The translations under genes and the position numbers were made by a program. 43,354 nt of DNA from Candidatus Fermentibacteraceae bacterium (GTDB taxonomy: Bacteria > Fermentibacterota > Fermentibacteria > Fermentibacterales > JCC-6), in contig JAWLEP010000024.1 of assembly GCA_041686025.1 (NCBI GenBank), forward strand, positions 1 through 43,354. The letters are read 5' to 3'. Numbering within the stretch: position 1 is the stretch's first letter; every line of letters starts with the position of its first letter. The notes beneath the pieces were generated by a model that worked only from the letters and a program-made list of their open reading frames with translations, had not been told where the DNA came from and made no database searches. Below are positions 33,809 through 43,354 of the stretch, piece by piece.

Positions 33809-35410
33809 TTACCAGGGATCGACTCTCTTCACAGCCGTGCTGTCAATCTCTACATCGTATGCATCGCGCAGTTCCATGAGGAACTCGGAGAGGCGGCTGT
33901 CGACGTTCTGCGATACGTAGTCGCTTCTTACGCGGTCGGCGATGTCGGAGAGCTCCATTACGCTGTCCGGCAGCACCGCCATAACCTGGAAGTAGATGAG
34001 CGGAAGGGTGTCGGCCAGCGCCACGGGACCGTGCACGCCGGAGGTGTCCGCATCGAAGACCTCCTCCCCCAGGGGACCGAAGGCACCCTCTGCAAGGGCC
34101 GGCGACAGGGACATGCGGATGGCCGAGTCCCCTTCGGCCTCCAGGTCGCCGAGACTGGCGATGCCGGACATCCCTGCGGTGTCGGAGGCGGGTATGTCGG
34201 CCCTCAGGACCACCCGTCTCTCGGGGAGAGTGTACTGCTGGATGTTCTCGGTGTAGAAGCTCTCGAGAGTGGGGGTGTCCACGGACCTGAGGCTGTCGAT
34301 GACCATGGTCCTCAGCAGGTGCTCGACCTCCGCCATCCGCAGAAGGCGGCTGTCGGCCTCCAGGCCCTCCTCCAGGGCCTTGTCGGCCTGCCATCTGAAC
34401 CTGGCCAGCCCGGTGAGGTACATCCAGAGGTCCACGTCACTGTTCCGTCTTCCGGGCCGGGGAGGCATCAGCCGGGCCAGCTCGTCGGGCTCGGAGAGGA
34501 AGTTGTTCCTGCGCAGCTTGCCGAAGACCTCGGCCGCGTCGGCGGCGGTGAGGGCTCCACCCCGGTAGGAGACCAGCGTATCGCCGGGCTCCCAGGGCCC
34601 CTCCCCGGGGACGTAGCTGCCCCCTTCCGCGACCAGCCCGGCTACGAACCGCTCTATGGCCCCGCTCCGCGGCAGCAGCCCGGCCTCCGAATAGACCATG
34701 TTGGCCATTGTCGCCGGTATGGCGTTCTCTACCCTCATGGGAGTCTCCGGCTCCCGGGCGGTGATCCGGAAAACGGCCCAGCCGTCGAACATCCGGGCCA
34801 CGGTCACGCCTTCGTCGATGTGATCCAGGACCTTCTCGCTGAGGTATGCGGGCATCAGGGCCACGTAGTTCTCCAGCCTGCGGAAGCTGCTGCCCCCCCG
34901 CGACCAGGGGGCCAGGGCCATTGCCGCGCTGTCGGGGGCCGAGGGGCCCTCCGACTGCCATGCCCGTGCGACCTCGGCGGCCGCCGCGCTGTCCCTCATC
35001 AGAACGATGTCCATGACGAACCAGTTCTCCTCGGGCCAGCGGGCGGTGTCCGCGGCCAGGCTCCGGGCCGACTCCGCCATTGCCGCGGAGTAGCGGTCGG
35101 CCAGGTCGGCCTGCGCGTACAGCGACTTCCACCAGTCCATCTCCCGCAGCTCGAGACTGTCGGCCGCCAGCTCCAGCAGCTCCTTGTTGATCATCCTGTC
35201 CACCAGGCTCAGCCTGCCTCCGGGGTCCAGGACGGACACCTGCTGCTCGGGTGACAGCTCGGAGAACACCTGTCGGAAGTCCTCCTCGGTGATGAAGTGA
35301 TCTCCCACTCTGGCCAGCGCGTCCTCCGGGCCCTCCAGGGGACCCTGGCCCCCGCATGAAAGGACCGTAACCGCCAGCATCGCCGTTGGTAAAAGCTTGA
35401 TATAGCGCAT
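33809..35410 (-). CDS. PPIase/SurA-N-like lipoprotein with degenerate parvulin domains
   Basis: Lipobox VLSC, LARVGDHFITEEDF, FYTENIQQYTLPERR, ELRDAYDVEI. Confidence 0.72.
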   Translation of the reverse strand: MRYIKLLPTAMLAVTVLSCGGQGPLEGPEDALARVGDHFITEEDFRQVFSELSPEQQVSVLDPGGRLSLVDRMINKELLELAADSLELREMDWWKSLYAQADLADRYSAAMAESARSLAADTARWPEENWFVMDIVLMRDSAAAAEVARAWQSEGPSAPDSAAMALAPWSRGGSSFRRLENYVALMPAYLSEKVLDHIDEGVTVARMFDGWAVFRITAREPETPMRVENAIPATMANMVYSEAGLLPRSGAIERFVAGLVAEGGSYVPGEGPWEPGDTLVSYRGGALTAADAAEVFGKLRRNNFLSEPDELARLMPPRPGRRNSDVDLWMYLTGLARFRWQADKALEEGLEADSRLLRMAEVEHLLRTMVIDSLRSVDTPTLESFYTENIQQYTLPERRVVLRADIPASDTAGMSGIASLGDLEAEGDSAIRMSLSPALAEGAFGPLGEEVFDADTSGVHGPVALADTLPLIYFQVMAVLPDSVMELSDIADRVRSDYVSQNVDSRLSEFLMELRDAYDVEIDSTAVKRVDPW

Positions 35411-35441
35411 GTAGTAAACCCCTCGTCTGTATGGCCGCTGC

Positions 35442-38400
35442 TCAGTCCGTCTTTATAGCCAACTCCGACAGAATGTGCAATACGCTCACCGCGGAATCCA
35501 CAACCTCCCCGGGTTCCGCGCCCGGGGGGACCTTCACGCGGCACACCTTCCGGCCCGTCCTCTCCGGACGGACCTCCGCCGCCGCCCCCAGCTCCCGGGA
35601 CAGCCTTCTCAGGCCGGGCCCCTCCGCGGAGACCACCAGCCGCAGCTCTCCCGAGGAGGCCACAACCTCCTCCACGCCTGCGGACTCCGCCAGCAGATGC
35701 ACCCGCGATCTCCCGGCGCAGCCCAGGACGGCCTCCGGCGGCTCCCCGAACCTGTCCTGCACCATCTCCAGCCACTGGTCCACGTCGTCCTCGTCCTCCG
35801 CCCGCCAGACGCTCCTGTACAGCCGGACCCTCTCCACCAGGTCGGGCATGTAGTCTGCGGGAATGAAGGCCTTTCCCGGAAGCTCCACCCTGACCCCCTT
35901 CGGCCGTCGGAGGTGTCCCTGCTTCAGACGGGCCACCTCCTCCCCGATGAGGCTCTCGAACATGGCGTAACCGATGGACTGCATGTGCCCGTGCTGCGAG
36001 GAGCCCAGCAGCTCGCCGGCACCCCGGATCTCCAGGTCCCTCATGGCTATGTGCCATCCGGCGCCCAGCTCGGTGTAGCGCTTGATGGTCTGCAGCCGGT
36101 TGCGGGCCTCGGGCCTCAGCTTCCGCGCGCCTCCGGGCCTGATCAGGTAGCAGTAGGCCCGGCGGTGGCTTCGGCCCACCCGCCCGCGCAGCTGGTAGAG
36201 CTCGGCCAGCCCGAACATGTGGGCGTTGTCGATGAAGATGGTGTTCACCCGCGGCATGTCCAGGCCGGACTCGATGATGGAGGTGCACAGGAGTATCTCG
36301 TGCTCCCCGGAGACGAACTCGTGCATGATCCGCTCCAGCTGGCTGGCCTTCATCTGCCCGTGGGCCACGGCTATGCTCACGTCCCCCAGGAAGCTCTCCA
36401 GCCTTCTCCTGACCCTGTCGATGGACCTGATACGGTTGTGCACGAAGAAGATCTGGCCGTCGCGCTCCAGCTCCCTGGCCACCGCCCGGCGAATGATGTC
36501 CCGGTTGAAGCGGATCAGCTCGGTCTGCACCGGGTAGCGGTCCCGGGGCGGGCTGGCGATGATGGAGATGTCGCGGAAGCCCGACAGGGACATGTGGAGC
36601 GTCCTGGGTATGGGGGTGGCGGTCATGGAGAGGGTGTCCACCGAGGTGCGCAGCTCCCGCAGGTACTCCTTCTGCCTCACCCCGAAGCGGTGCTCCTCGT
36701 CCACTATCACCAGGCCCAGGTCGCTGAAGCGGACGTCCCTCTGTATCAGCCTGTGGGTACCCACCACCAGGTCCACGTCGCCCTGGGTGAGGCCCTCCAG
36801 TATCTCCCGCTGCTCGGACCTGGACTGGAACCTGCTGAGGAGCTCCATCCGCACCGGGAACTCCGCCAGCCGGTCCCGGAAGGTGTTGTAGTGCTGCTCG
36901 GCCAGCACCGTGGTGGGCACCAGCACCGCCACCTGCTTGCCGGCGTCGACCACCCGGAAGGCCGCCCTGATGGCCACCTCCGTCTTGCCGTAGCCCACGT
37001 CGCCGCACACCAGCCGGTCCATGGGCTCGCCGCTGTCCAGGTCCTCCTTGACGCTCTCGATGGCCTTCATCTGGTCCGGGGTCTCCTCGTAGGGGAAGGT
37101 TTCCTCCAGGGAGCTCATCCTCCTGGTGGCGGGATACAGGGGCTCCCTTTCCGAGGCCTTGCGCTCGGCGTAGAGGATGGCCAGCCTGCCGGCTATCTCG
37201 TGGGCCTTCTTCCGGGCCCGGCTCACCCTTCCCCGCCAGGATGTCCCCCCTATGCGGTCCAGCTTCGGGCGGTGCTCTCCGGGAGTCATGTACTTCTGCA
37301 CGTCGCCGATCTCGCTCATGGGCACCAGCAGGCGGTCGGAGTCGGCGTACTCTATGGCCAGGCAGTCCAGCTCCTGGCCCGCTGTGCTTATCCTCTCCAG
37401 CCCCCGGAAGACGCCGATGCCGTAGTCGGCGTGCACCACCAGCATTCCCGGCTCCAGGTCGTCGTAGCTGGTGAGTATCTCCCCGCCCCGGAACCGGCGT
37501 ATGCGCTCGGGGCGGCGCCTGCCGGACAGCAGCTTCCGCTCCACCAGCACCGCCAGGCCGCGGTCGGGCATGCGGAACCCCTCCGACAGGGAGAGGACCA
37601 CGGCGTCCACCTCCATGCCCTCCGGAAGCAGCTCCAGGAAGGATTCCCTCTCGGCGGGGGAGTCGCAGGCCACAGCCAGCCGGTAGCCCTCCTGCAGCCA
37701 GGCGCCGAACTGCCTCAGCATCTCTTCGCGGTGACCCACGAAGCTCCCCTGGGGCAGAGTGTGGCAGTAGACGTCCACGTCCTCCTCCGGGGTCAGCTCC
37801 ATCACCAGCCTCCTGGGAGCCTCCTCCATCTGCCGCAGCACCTCGTCGGGGCCGGCGTAGAGCTCCTCGCCCCCGAACGGCACGCTGTCGGACGGTACCT
37901 CCCCCATCCGGAAGTCCCAGGACTCCCGCAGCCGCTCCTCCACCAGCGCAGGCTCCATCACCACCAGGGTGCCAATGGAGGGCAGGTAGTCGAACAGGGT
38001 GGCCAGCGGCCGTCCGTAGAACAGCGGCAGGTAGTGCTCCAGGCCCGGGAACCCGGTGGAGCGCCACAGCCGCTCGGAGAGGGGATGCTCCTCGGGCACC
38101 CGCTCCATGGCCCGGTTCCAGTGGTCTGGGGGCAGGAAGGCCTCCCGGGCGGGAAGCAGCCTCACCGACTGCACCTCGCTTATGCTGCGCTGCGACCGCT
38201 GGTCGAAGAGCCGGATGGAGTCCACCTCGTCGCCGAACAGCTCGATGCGGACGGGATTCTCCAGGCCGAAGGTGCCCACGTCCACGATGCCGCCGCGGCG
38301 GGAGCAGCGGCCCTGCTCGTAGACCGCCTCCTCGCGGTCGTAGCCCGCGGCCAGCAGCCAGCCGTCCAGCTCATCGAGGGTGATCCGCATTCCCCGCCGG

Positions 38401-38825
38401 ACCTCGAGGATGCTCATCTCGTCAGGGGGAGGAATGCGCTTCAGCAGGCCGGCGGCGGGAACCACCACCACCTCCCCCGCCCTGCCGGAGAGCAGGGCCG
38501 CCATGCACTCCACCCGGTCCGACACCACTCCCTGGTGGGCGGGCTCCCCCTCCCAGGGCAGCGTCTCGTAGGGAGGGAAGTACTGCACACCCTCTCCGAG
38601 GATGGAGGCGAGGTCGTCCCGGACGCTCTCGGCGTCGCTCACCGAAGCGGCCAGCACGATGGTGGGCCCGGCCAGCCGGTGGGCGCTGGCGGCGGCCAGG
38701 GACCGCGACGCGCCGCCCAGTCCCCCCACCCGCACCAGGGTCCTCTCCGCCAGCAGCGACAGCATCCGCTCGAATACCTGGTCCCAGAGCCGGGGGTCGC
38801 CGGCCCAGGAGCGTTCAGCGCTCAT
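35442..38825 (-). CDS. mfd: Transcription-repair coupling factor
   Basis: VVHADYGIG, FPYEETPDQ, CGDVGYGKTEVA, DEEHRFG, TATPIPRTL, QLRGRVGRS, DLEIRGAG; start at ATG 38825. Confidence 0.97.
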   Translation of the reverse strand: MSAERSWAGDPRLWDQVFERMLSLLAERTLVRVGGLGGASRSLAAASAHRLAGPTIVLAASVSDAESVRDDLASILGEGVQYFPPYETLPWEGEPAHQGVVSDRVECMAALLSGRAGEVVVVPAAGLLKRIPPPDEMSILEVRRGMRITLDELDGWLLAAGYDREEAVYEQGRCSRRGGIVDVGTFGLENPVRIELFGDEVDSIRLFDQRSQRSISEVQSVRLLPAREAFLPPDHWNRAMERVPEEHPLSERLWRSTGFPGLEHYLPLFYGRPLATLFDYLPSIGTLVVMEPALVEERLRESWDFRMGEVPSDSVPFGGEELYAGPDEVLRQMEEAPRRLVMELTPEEDVDVYCHTLPQGSFVGHREEMLRQFGAWLQEGYRLAVACDSPAERESFLELLPEGMEVDAVVLSLSEGFRMPDRGLAVLVERKLLSGRRRPERIRRFRGGEILTSYDDLEPGMLVVHADYGIGVFRGLERISTAGQELDCLAIEYADSDRLLVPMSEIGDVQKYMTPGEHRPKLDRIGGTSWRGRVSRARKKAHEIAGRLAILYAERKASEREPLYPATRRMSSLEETFPYEETPDQMKAIESVKEDLDSGEPMDRLVCGDVGYGKTEVAIRAAFRVVDAGKQVAVLVPTTVLAEQHYNTFRDRLAEFPVRMELLSRFQSRSEQREILEGLTQGDVDLVVGTHRLIQRDVRFSDLGLVIVDEEHRFGVRQKEYLRELRTSVDTLSMTATPIPRTLHMSLSGFRDISIIASPPRDRYPVQTELIRFNRDIIRRAVARELERDGQIFFVHNRIRSIDRVRRRLESFLGDVSIAVAHGQMKASQLERIMHEFVSGEHEILLCTSIIESGLDMPRVNTIFIDNAHMFGLAELYQLRGRVGRSHRRAYCYLIRPGGARKLRPEARNRLQTIKRYTELGAGWHIAMRDLEIRGAGELLGSSQHGHMQSIGYAMFESLIGEEVARLKQGHLRRPKGVRVELPGKAFIPADYMPDLVERVRLYRSVWRAEDEDDVDQWLEMVQDRFGEPPEAVLGCAGRSRVHLLAESAGVEEVVASSGELRLVVSAEGPGLRRLSRELGAAAEVRPERTGRKVCRVKVPPGAEPGEVVDSAVSVLHILSELAIKTD

Positions 38826-38891
38826 ACCTTCGCTTTCCTCATATGTGGGGTTTTCCGCGGTCTGCGTGCAACCTTTCGCCACCGGGCCGGA

Positions 38892-40301
38892 TCAGCCGGC
38901 CTCCGTCTCCGGGGGGTCGGCCTCCGGCCTGGGAAGCTCCCGGCCGGCCATCATCTCCCAGGCCTCCTCCAGCACCGGGACCTGCCGCTCGAACTCCGCC
39001 AGCTCCTCCCCCTCCAGCGGGTCGGCGGGTGGAAGTATCTCGGTGGCCGGGTTCACGAAGCTGCCGTTCTTCTTCATGCCGAAGTGAAGGTGCGGACCGG
39101 TGGAGAGGCCGGTGCTTCCCACATAGCCTATCACCTCGCCCTGGCGGACGTAGGTACCCACCGACTGCCCGGAGGCGTAGCCGGAGAGGTGGCCGTACTC
39201 GGTCTCGTAGCCGTTGGCGTGGCGGACGCGGACGTAGTTGCCGTAGCCCCCGTTCCAGCCCCGCTTCGTTATCACCCCGTCCCCCACCGCGAATATCTCG
39301 GTGCCGGTGGGGGCGGCGTAGTCGATCCCCCGGTGGGCCCTGGTGTAGCCCAGCACCGGGTGCATCCGCGCGCCGCTGTAGGGCGAGCTTACCCGGCCGA
39401 AGGGCACAGGCATCTTCAGGAACATGGTCCGCAGCGAGGCTCCGTCGCGGTGGTAGTGGTCCAGGACCATGGAGACACCACCGTCCAGCAGTGTGTCGGG
39501 CTGGTGCCAGAAGGGCAGCGCCTCCACCAGACCTCCGCCCCGGAAGCCGTACTTGGCCGCCAGTATCCGGCGGAAGCCCACCTCCCCGGTCTCCGGGTAG
39601 ACGGTCTCCTCGAACAGCACCCAGACGCTGTCCCCCGGCCTCACGTCGTGGTAGAAGTCGATGTCGTAGGCGAAGAGACGGTCGGTGAGGTTCTGCTGGA
39701 ACTCCACCACGTAGCCCCCCGCCCGCAGCGAGTCCCTCCTGGTGGCCAGGCCCCCCGAGGGGGTCAGGTCCTCCGGCAGCGCGAACTCCCGTATCGCCTC
39801 GTAGACCGTGCGCTCCACCTCGAAGCTCGCCGCCCTTACACGCAGCCACCGCTCCTGGGGCACGTAGCGGAAGCCCTCCACGCAGCGGGCGGTGTCCAGG
39901 CTGATGGCGTAGATGCCCCGCAGGTACCTGGGGTAGGCCCGGATCTCCCGGAGCCTGCCGCGGCGGAACACGGCCTCCACCGTATCCCCCGGCTGCTGGC
40001 CGTTGCCCCAGCCCAGGCTGTCCTGGAGTATGGCCGAGCACTGCGCGTTGAGGCCGCCGTCCAGCCCCAGCTCGGACAGAGCGCCCCAGAGGGAGACGTC
40101 GATGGTGGCGGCGACCACGTCCACGGTGTCGGCCATCACCGTCCGGGCGTAGTGGCAGGCGGCATCCATGGCGTCCAGATGGCGGTGGAAGGTCCAGGCG
40201 GGCCCGGCCCTGTCCTCGGGAGGGCTCATGAACACCAGCGTGAGGATGAAGGCCAGGGCCACCGCGTAGAAGGCCAGCCGGTACCTGCGACGGATGGCCA
40301 C
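38892..40301 (-). CDS. M23 family peptidoglycan DD-endopeptidase (MepM-like)
   Basis: RMHPVLG...HRGIDYAAP, GYGNYV, YGHLS, STGPHLHF. Confidence 0.92.
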   Translation of the reverse strand: MAIRRRYRLAFYAVALAFILTLVFMSPPEDRAGPAWTFHRHLDAMDAACHYARTVMADTVDVVAATIDVSLWGALSELGLDGGLNAQCSAILQDSLGWGNGQQPGDTVEAVFRRGRLREIRAYPRYLRGIYAISLDTARCVEGFRYVPQERWLRVRAASFEVERTVYEAIREFALPEDLTPSGGLATRRDSLRAGGYVVEFQQNLTDRLFAYDIDFYHDVRPGDSVWVLFEETVYPETGEVGFRRILAAKYGFRGGGLVEALPFWHQPDTLLDGGVSMVLDHYHRDGASLRTMFLKMPVPFGRVSSPYSGARMHPVLGYTRAHRGIDYAAPTGTEIFAVGDGVITKRGWNGGYGNYVRVRHANGYETEYGHLSGYASGQSVGTYVRQGEVIGYVGSTGLSTGPHLHFGMKKNGSFVNPATEILPPADPLEGEELAEFERQVPVLEEAWEMMAGRELPRPEADPPETEAG

Positions 40302-41479
40302 TATCGGCTCCCTCCACCCAGGAGCCGGGAGAAGAAACGCTTCAGCCGGCCGCCCCGGCGGCGCTGGCGGGGCTCCGCGGGCCCCCGTCTGAGCCTCTCC
40401 AGGATCGCCTCGGCGTCAACGTTCTCCGCCACCAGGTCCACTATCCTCTCTATCTTCGCCGACTCCTCCGGCTCCACCTTGAAGGTCCGCCCGGCAAGCC
40501 TGCTGGCGGCGCCCTGCAGGCTTCCGGAGGTGGCGTAGAGGGGCAGGCCCAGCCTGCCGCAGACGTCCCTGTGGCGCTGGCCCGGCGCTCCGCCGCACAC
40601 CACCAGGGCCCCCGGGCCCTCGCCTCCCGACATCCACCTCACCACCACGGCGTCCAGCACGTCCACCCGCGACCCGCTGACCAGCAGGGCCGCCCGGGGG
40701 CGCCGGGATACCTCCGACAGCACCTCGTCGGGGGACCCGAACGCGGTAAGGTATCCGTAGACCGAGTTGGGAGCAAGGGCCTCCTCCTCCAGTACGGGAC
40801 CGGCCTCCAGGGCCCTGCTGATCACACCCAGCGAAGGTGCCGAGAGGCCCTCGTCGTAGGGGATAAGGCCGAACACCTCCACTCCCCTCCCCCCGAACCA
40901 CTGCCGCAGCAGTCCGCCGATGCTGTCGATCTTGGAGGGAAGCACCCTGTTTACAACCACGCCCACCACGGGAACGTTCCGGAGCTCGAACAGCGACGCG
41001 CAGTGGGTGAACATGTCGATGGTGCTCCCCAGGCCGCCGTCCAGCACCAGCACCACGGGAGTGCCCAGCGTGGCGGCCACATCGGCGTTGGAGAGGCCGA
41101 AGACCGAGCCCACGCCGGGATGGCCCGTACCCTCGGCCAGGACCATGTCGTATCCCCGGGACAGCTTCCGGTAGGCCCGCCTGACCCTGCCCTCTATGTC
41201 GTCGGGCTCACCGGTCCTGATGTACCTCTTGGCGGCGCCGGAGAAGGCCGAGAACGGTGCGGAGTGCTGCAGGGGCAGGTCCAGGCCCAGGGCCCGGTTG
41301 ATGAACCAGGAGTCCTGCCCCACGGACTCCCCGTCCACCACGGTGGTCTTCTGGCCCAGTGGCTTGGTGAAGGAAACGCCCCGGGGAAGCAGGTCCCGCA
41401 GGGCGGCCAGCAGGCCCAGGCAGAGCGTCGTCTTGCCGGCGTCCTTGCCGGCTCCCGCAACGTACAGGCCCAGGCTCAT
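40301..41479 (-). CDS. BioD-like/DRTGG stand-alone phosphotransacetylase N-terminal family protein
   Basis: GKDAGKTTLCLGL, FTKPLGQ, EGTGHPGVGS...SNADVA, GVVVNRV; no Pta catalytic domain. Confidence 0.8.
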   Translation of the reverse strand: MSLGLYVAGAGKDAGKTTLCLGLLAALRDLLPRGVSFTKPLGQKTTVVDGESVGQDSWFINRALGLDLPLQHSAPFSAFSGAAKRYIRTGEPDDIEGRVRRAYRKLSRGYDMVLAEGTGHPGVGSVFGLSNADVAATLGTPVVLVLDGGLGSTIDMFTHCASLFELRNVPVVGVVVNRVLPSKIDSIGGLLRQWFGGRGVEVFGLIPYDEGLSAPSLGVISRALEAGPVLEEEALAPNSVYGYLTAFGSPDEVLSEVSRRPRAALLVSGSRVDVLDAVVVRWMSGGEGPGALVVCGGAPGQRHRDVCGRLGLPLYATSGSLQGAASRLAGRTFKVEPEESAKIERIVDLVAENVDAEAILERLRRGPAEPRQRRRGGRLKRFFSRLLGGGSR

Positions 41480-42115
41480 CTACCCCTGGCCGTTCCCTGG
41501 CTCCCCGTCGTAGAGGCGGTCTCCGAAGTCGCCCAGGCCCGGACGGATGAACCAGTCCTCGTCCAGCTCCCGGTCCACGGAGACGGTCACGATGGTGAGG
41601 TCGTCGAAGTGGCCCAGCCGGGAGATCCCCTCCGGTGCCGCCACGGCGCACACCAGCCAGGCGGAGTCGGCGCCCCTGTCGAACAGGTCGGCCAGCACCT
41701 CCTCGGCGGTGCCTCCGGTGGCCAGCATGGGGTCCAGTATCAGCATCCGGCGGTCCCGCACGTCGGGCAGAGACCGGTAGAACCAGATGGGCTCGGCGGT
41801 CTCCTCGTCGCGGCGCAGGGCCACGAAGCCCACCGGCGCCCCGGGAAGGAATATCTGAAAGGCCTCCAGCATCCCCATCCCCGCCCGCATGATGGGCACC
41901 AGCACCGGCTGCTCGACCAGCCTCTCCCCCAGCGTGGCCTCCAGCGGGGTCTCCACCTGCACCGGCTCGGTGGGCAGGTACCTGGTGGTCTCCACCGCCA
42001 GCATAAGGGCCAGCCGCCGGGCCTGCATGCGGAAGTCTGCCGAGTTGGTGGTCCTGTCCCGCAGACCGGTCAGAATGTCCCTGGCCACGGGGTGTTCAAA
42101 CTCTATTATCTCCAT
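41480..42115 (-). CDS. upp: Uracil phosphoribosyltransferase
   Basis: LRD...FR, VPIMRAGMGM, RDEET, DPMLATGGT, PGLGDFGDRLY; start at ATG 42115. Confidence 0.96.
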   Translation of the reverse strand: MEIIEFEHPVARDILTGLRDRTTNSADFRMQARRLALMLAVETTRYLPTEPVQVETPLEATLGERLVEQPVLVPIMRAGMGMLEAFQIFLPGAPVGFVALRRDEETAEPIWFYRSLPDVRDRRMLILDPMLATGGTAEEVLADLFDRGADSAWLVCAVAAPEGISRLGHFDDLTIVTVSVDRELDEDWFIRPGLGDFGDRLYDGEPGNGQG

Positions 42116-42145
42116 GATCCACCTCTGCTGTCTTTTCGCGGTGCG

Positions 42146-42174
42146 TTGACAACATAAGACGGTATACATACTGT
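42146..42174 (+). promoter_or_regulatory. Sigma70-like promoter of tyrS
   Basis: TTGACA-17nt-TACTGT, followed by GAGGAGG RBS. Confidence 0.6.
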
Positions 42175-42206
42175 CGCCAGTTGAAACGGCAACCGAGGAG
42201 GCAGGC

Positions 42207-43354
42207 ATGGACGCGATGAAAACCCTCAGCAGGCGCGGGCTCGTATACCAGATGACCAACGAGGAGCGGCTCACCGAGCTTCTCTCCGAGGGAAGCCTCT
42301 CCTTCTACATCGGGTTCGACCCCACCGCGTCCAGCCTCCACCTGGGCCACCTGGTGCCCATGATGGCCGCCAGCCACCTCCAGAAGGCCGGACACCGCCC
42401 CATACTGGTGGTGGGCGGGGGCACCGCCCTGATAGGCGACCCCTCCGGCCGCAGCGCCGAGCGCACCCTGGAGAGCCGGGAGCGCATAGCCGAGTGGGCC
42501 GAAACGCTGCGGGAGCAGATGAGGGGCTTCCTGGACTTCGACGACCCCCACTGCGGGGCCCGCATTGTGGACAACGCCGACTGGCTGCTGGAGCTGAACT
42601 ACATCGACTTCCTGCGGGACGTGGGCCGCCACTTCAGCGTGAACCGGATGCTGGCCAAGGAGAGCGTGAAGCTCCGCCTGGAGACCGGCCTTTCCTTCCT
42701 GGAGTTCAACTACATGCTGCTGCAGGCCTACGACTACCTGCACCTCTTCCGGGAAACCGGCTGCCGCCTGCAGGTGGGGGGCGCCGACCAGTGGGGCAAC
42801 ATCGTCGCCGGCATCGACCTGATCCGCCGGGTGGAGGGCGAGGAGGCCTTCGGCTTCACCTGCCCCCTGGTGACCACCGCCACCGGCGAGAAGATGAGCA
42901 AGACCCAGCCCGGCGGCGCCATCTGGCTGGACCCCGACCTCACCAGCCCCTACGACTACTACCAGTTCTGGATCAACGTCGACGACCGCGACGCCACCTA
43001 CTTCATGAAGCTCTACACCTTCGTCCCCATCGACGAGATCGAGGAGTACGAGCAACTGGAGGGCAGCGACCTCCGCAGGGTCAAGGAGCGCCTGGCCTGG
43101 GAGGCCACGGCCATCGCCCACGGCAGCGGGGAGGCCGACAAGGCCAGGGCCGCATCGAAGGCTCTGTTCGCCGATGGCGGCTCCGAGGAGAGCGTGCCCA
43201 CGCTGGAGCTCCCCGTATCACGGCTGGAGGAGGGCGTATCCTGCCTGGACCTCTTCGTGGAGACCGGCCTGTGCGGCAGCCGCGGCGAGGCCCGCCGCCT
43301 GGCCAAGCAGGGCGGCATGTACCTGGGCGGCGAGCGGGTGGCCGACCCCCTGGA
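42207..43354 (+). CDS. tyrS: Tyrosine--tRNA ligase, runs off the 3' end (absent from the ORF track)
   Basis: Manual translation: MDAMKTLSRRGLVYQ...YIGFDPTASSLHLGH, EFNYMLLQAYD, QVGGADQWGNI, KMSKT, SPYDYYQFW, S4-like SRGEARRLAKQGG. Confidence 0.97.
   Translation, partial: MDAMKTLSRRGLVYQMTNEERLTELLSEGSLSFYIGFDPTASSLHLGHLVPMMAASHLQKAGHRPILVVGGGTALIGDPSGRSAERTLESRERIAEWAETLREQMRGFLDFDDPHCGARIVDNADWLLELNYIDFLRDVGRHFSVNRMLAKESVKLRLETGLSFLEFNYMLLQAYDYLHLFRETGCRLQVGGADQWGNIVAGIDLIRRVEGEEAFGFTCPLVTTATGEKMSKTQPGGAIWLDPDLTSPYDYYQFWINVDDRDATYFMKLYTFVPIDEIEEYEQLEGSDLRRVKERLAWEATAIAHGSGEADKARAASKALFADGGSEESVPTLELPVSRLEEGVSCLDLFVETGLCGSRGEARRLAKQGGMYLGGERVADPL

Noticed and set aside
35475..40538. 1687-aa plus-strand ORF and other long alternative ORFs (12425-14713, 35209-38067, 25113-27119, 18339-20141)
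   Set aside because: Antisense or off-frame shadows of well-supported genes, expected in high-GC DNA; low-complexity translations with no motifs.

Overview
GC-rich bacterial chromosomal window in the standard code (many genes end in TGA), densely coding, with no rRNA, tRNA, CRISPR array or transposase recognised. Secreted proteins with T9SS/FlgD-like tails, a C-terminal TWGxIK motif and an mfd + 4x PPIase cluster suggest an FCB-related candidate lineage such as Ca. Fermentibacteria (inference only). Left half (1-22.5 kb) is accessory/redox: rubrerythrin, isochorismatase, FAD oxidoreductase, an RlmN-like radical SAM enzyme, nifS-nifU, secreted FG-GAP and beta-propeller proteins, orphan receiver domains and a second class V cysteine desulfurase. 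Right half is housekeeping: pepF, PAS/HD-GYP, DUF116, fmt, def, yajC, ftsXE, S4 protein, four PPIases, mfd, M23 peptidase, Pta-N-like, upp, tyrS (partial). Top finding: ORFs 20843-21214 and 21233-21832 are in one frame, separated by a single TGA in a C-G-G-[TGA] (CxxU) motif that is followed at once by a bacterial SECIS-like hairpin. This points to a secreted beta-propeller selenoprotein with a T9SS-like tail, transcribed divergently from a cysteine desulfurase/Sec-lyase-like gene. A 25-bp IscR-like box occurs twice between these two genes, and again upstream of nifS and upstream of a secreted CGGC protein.
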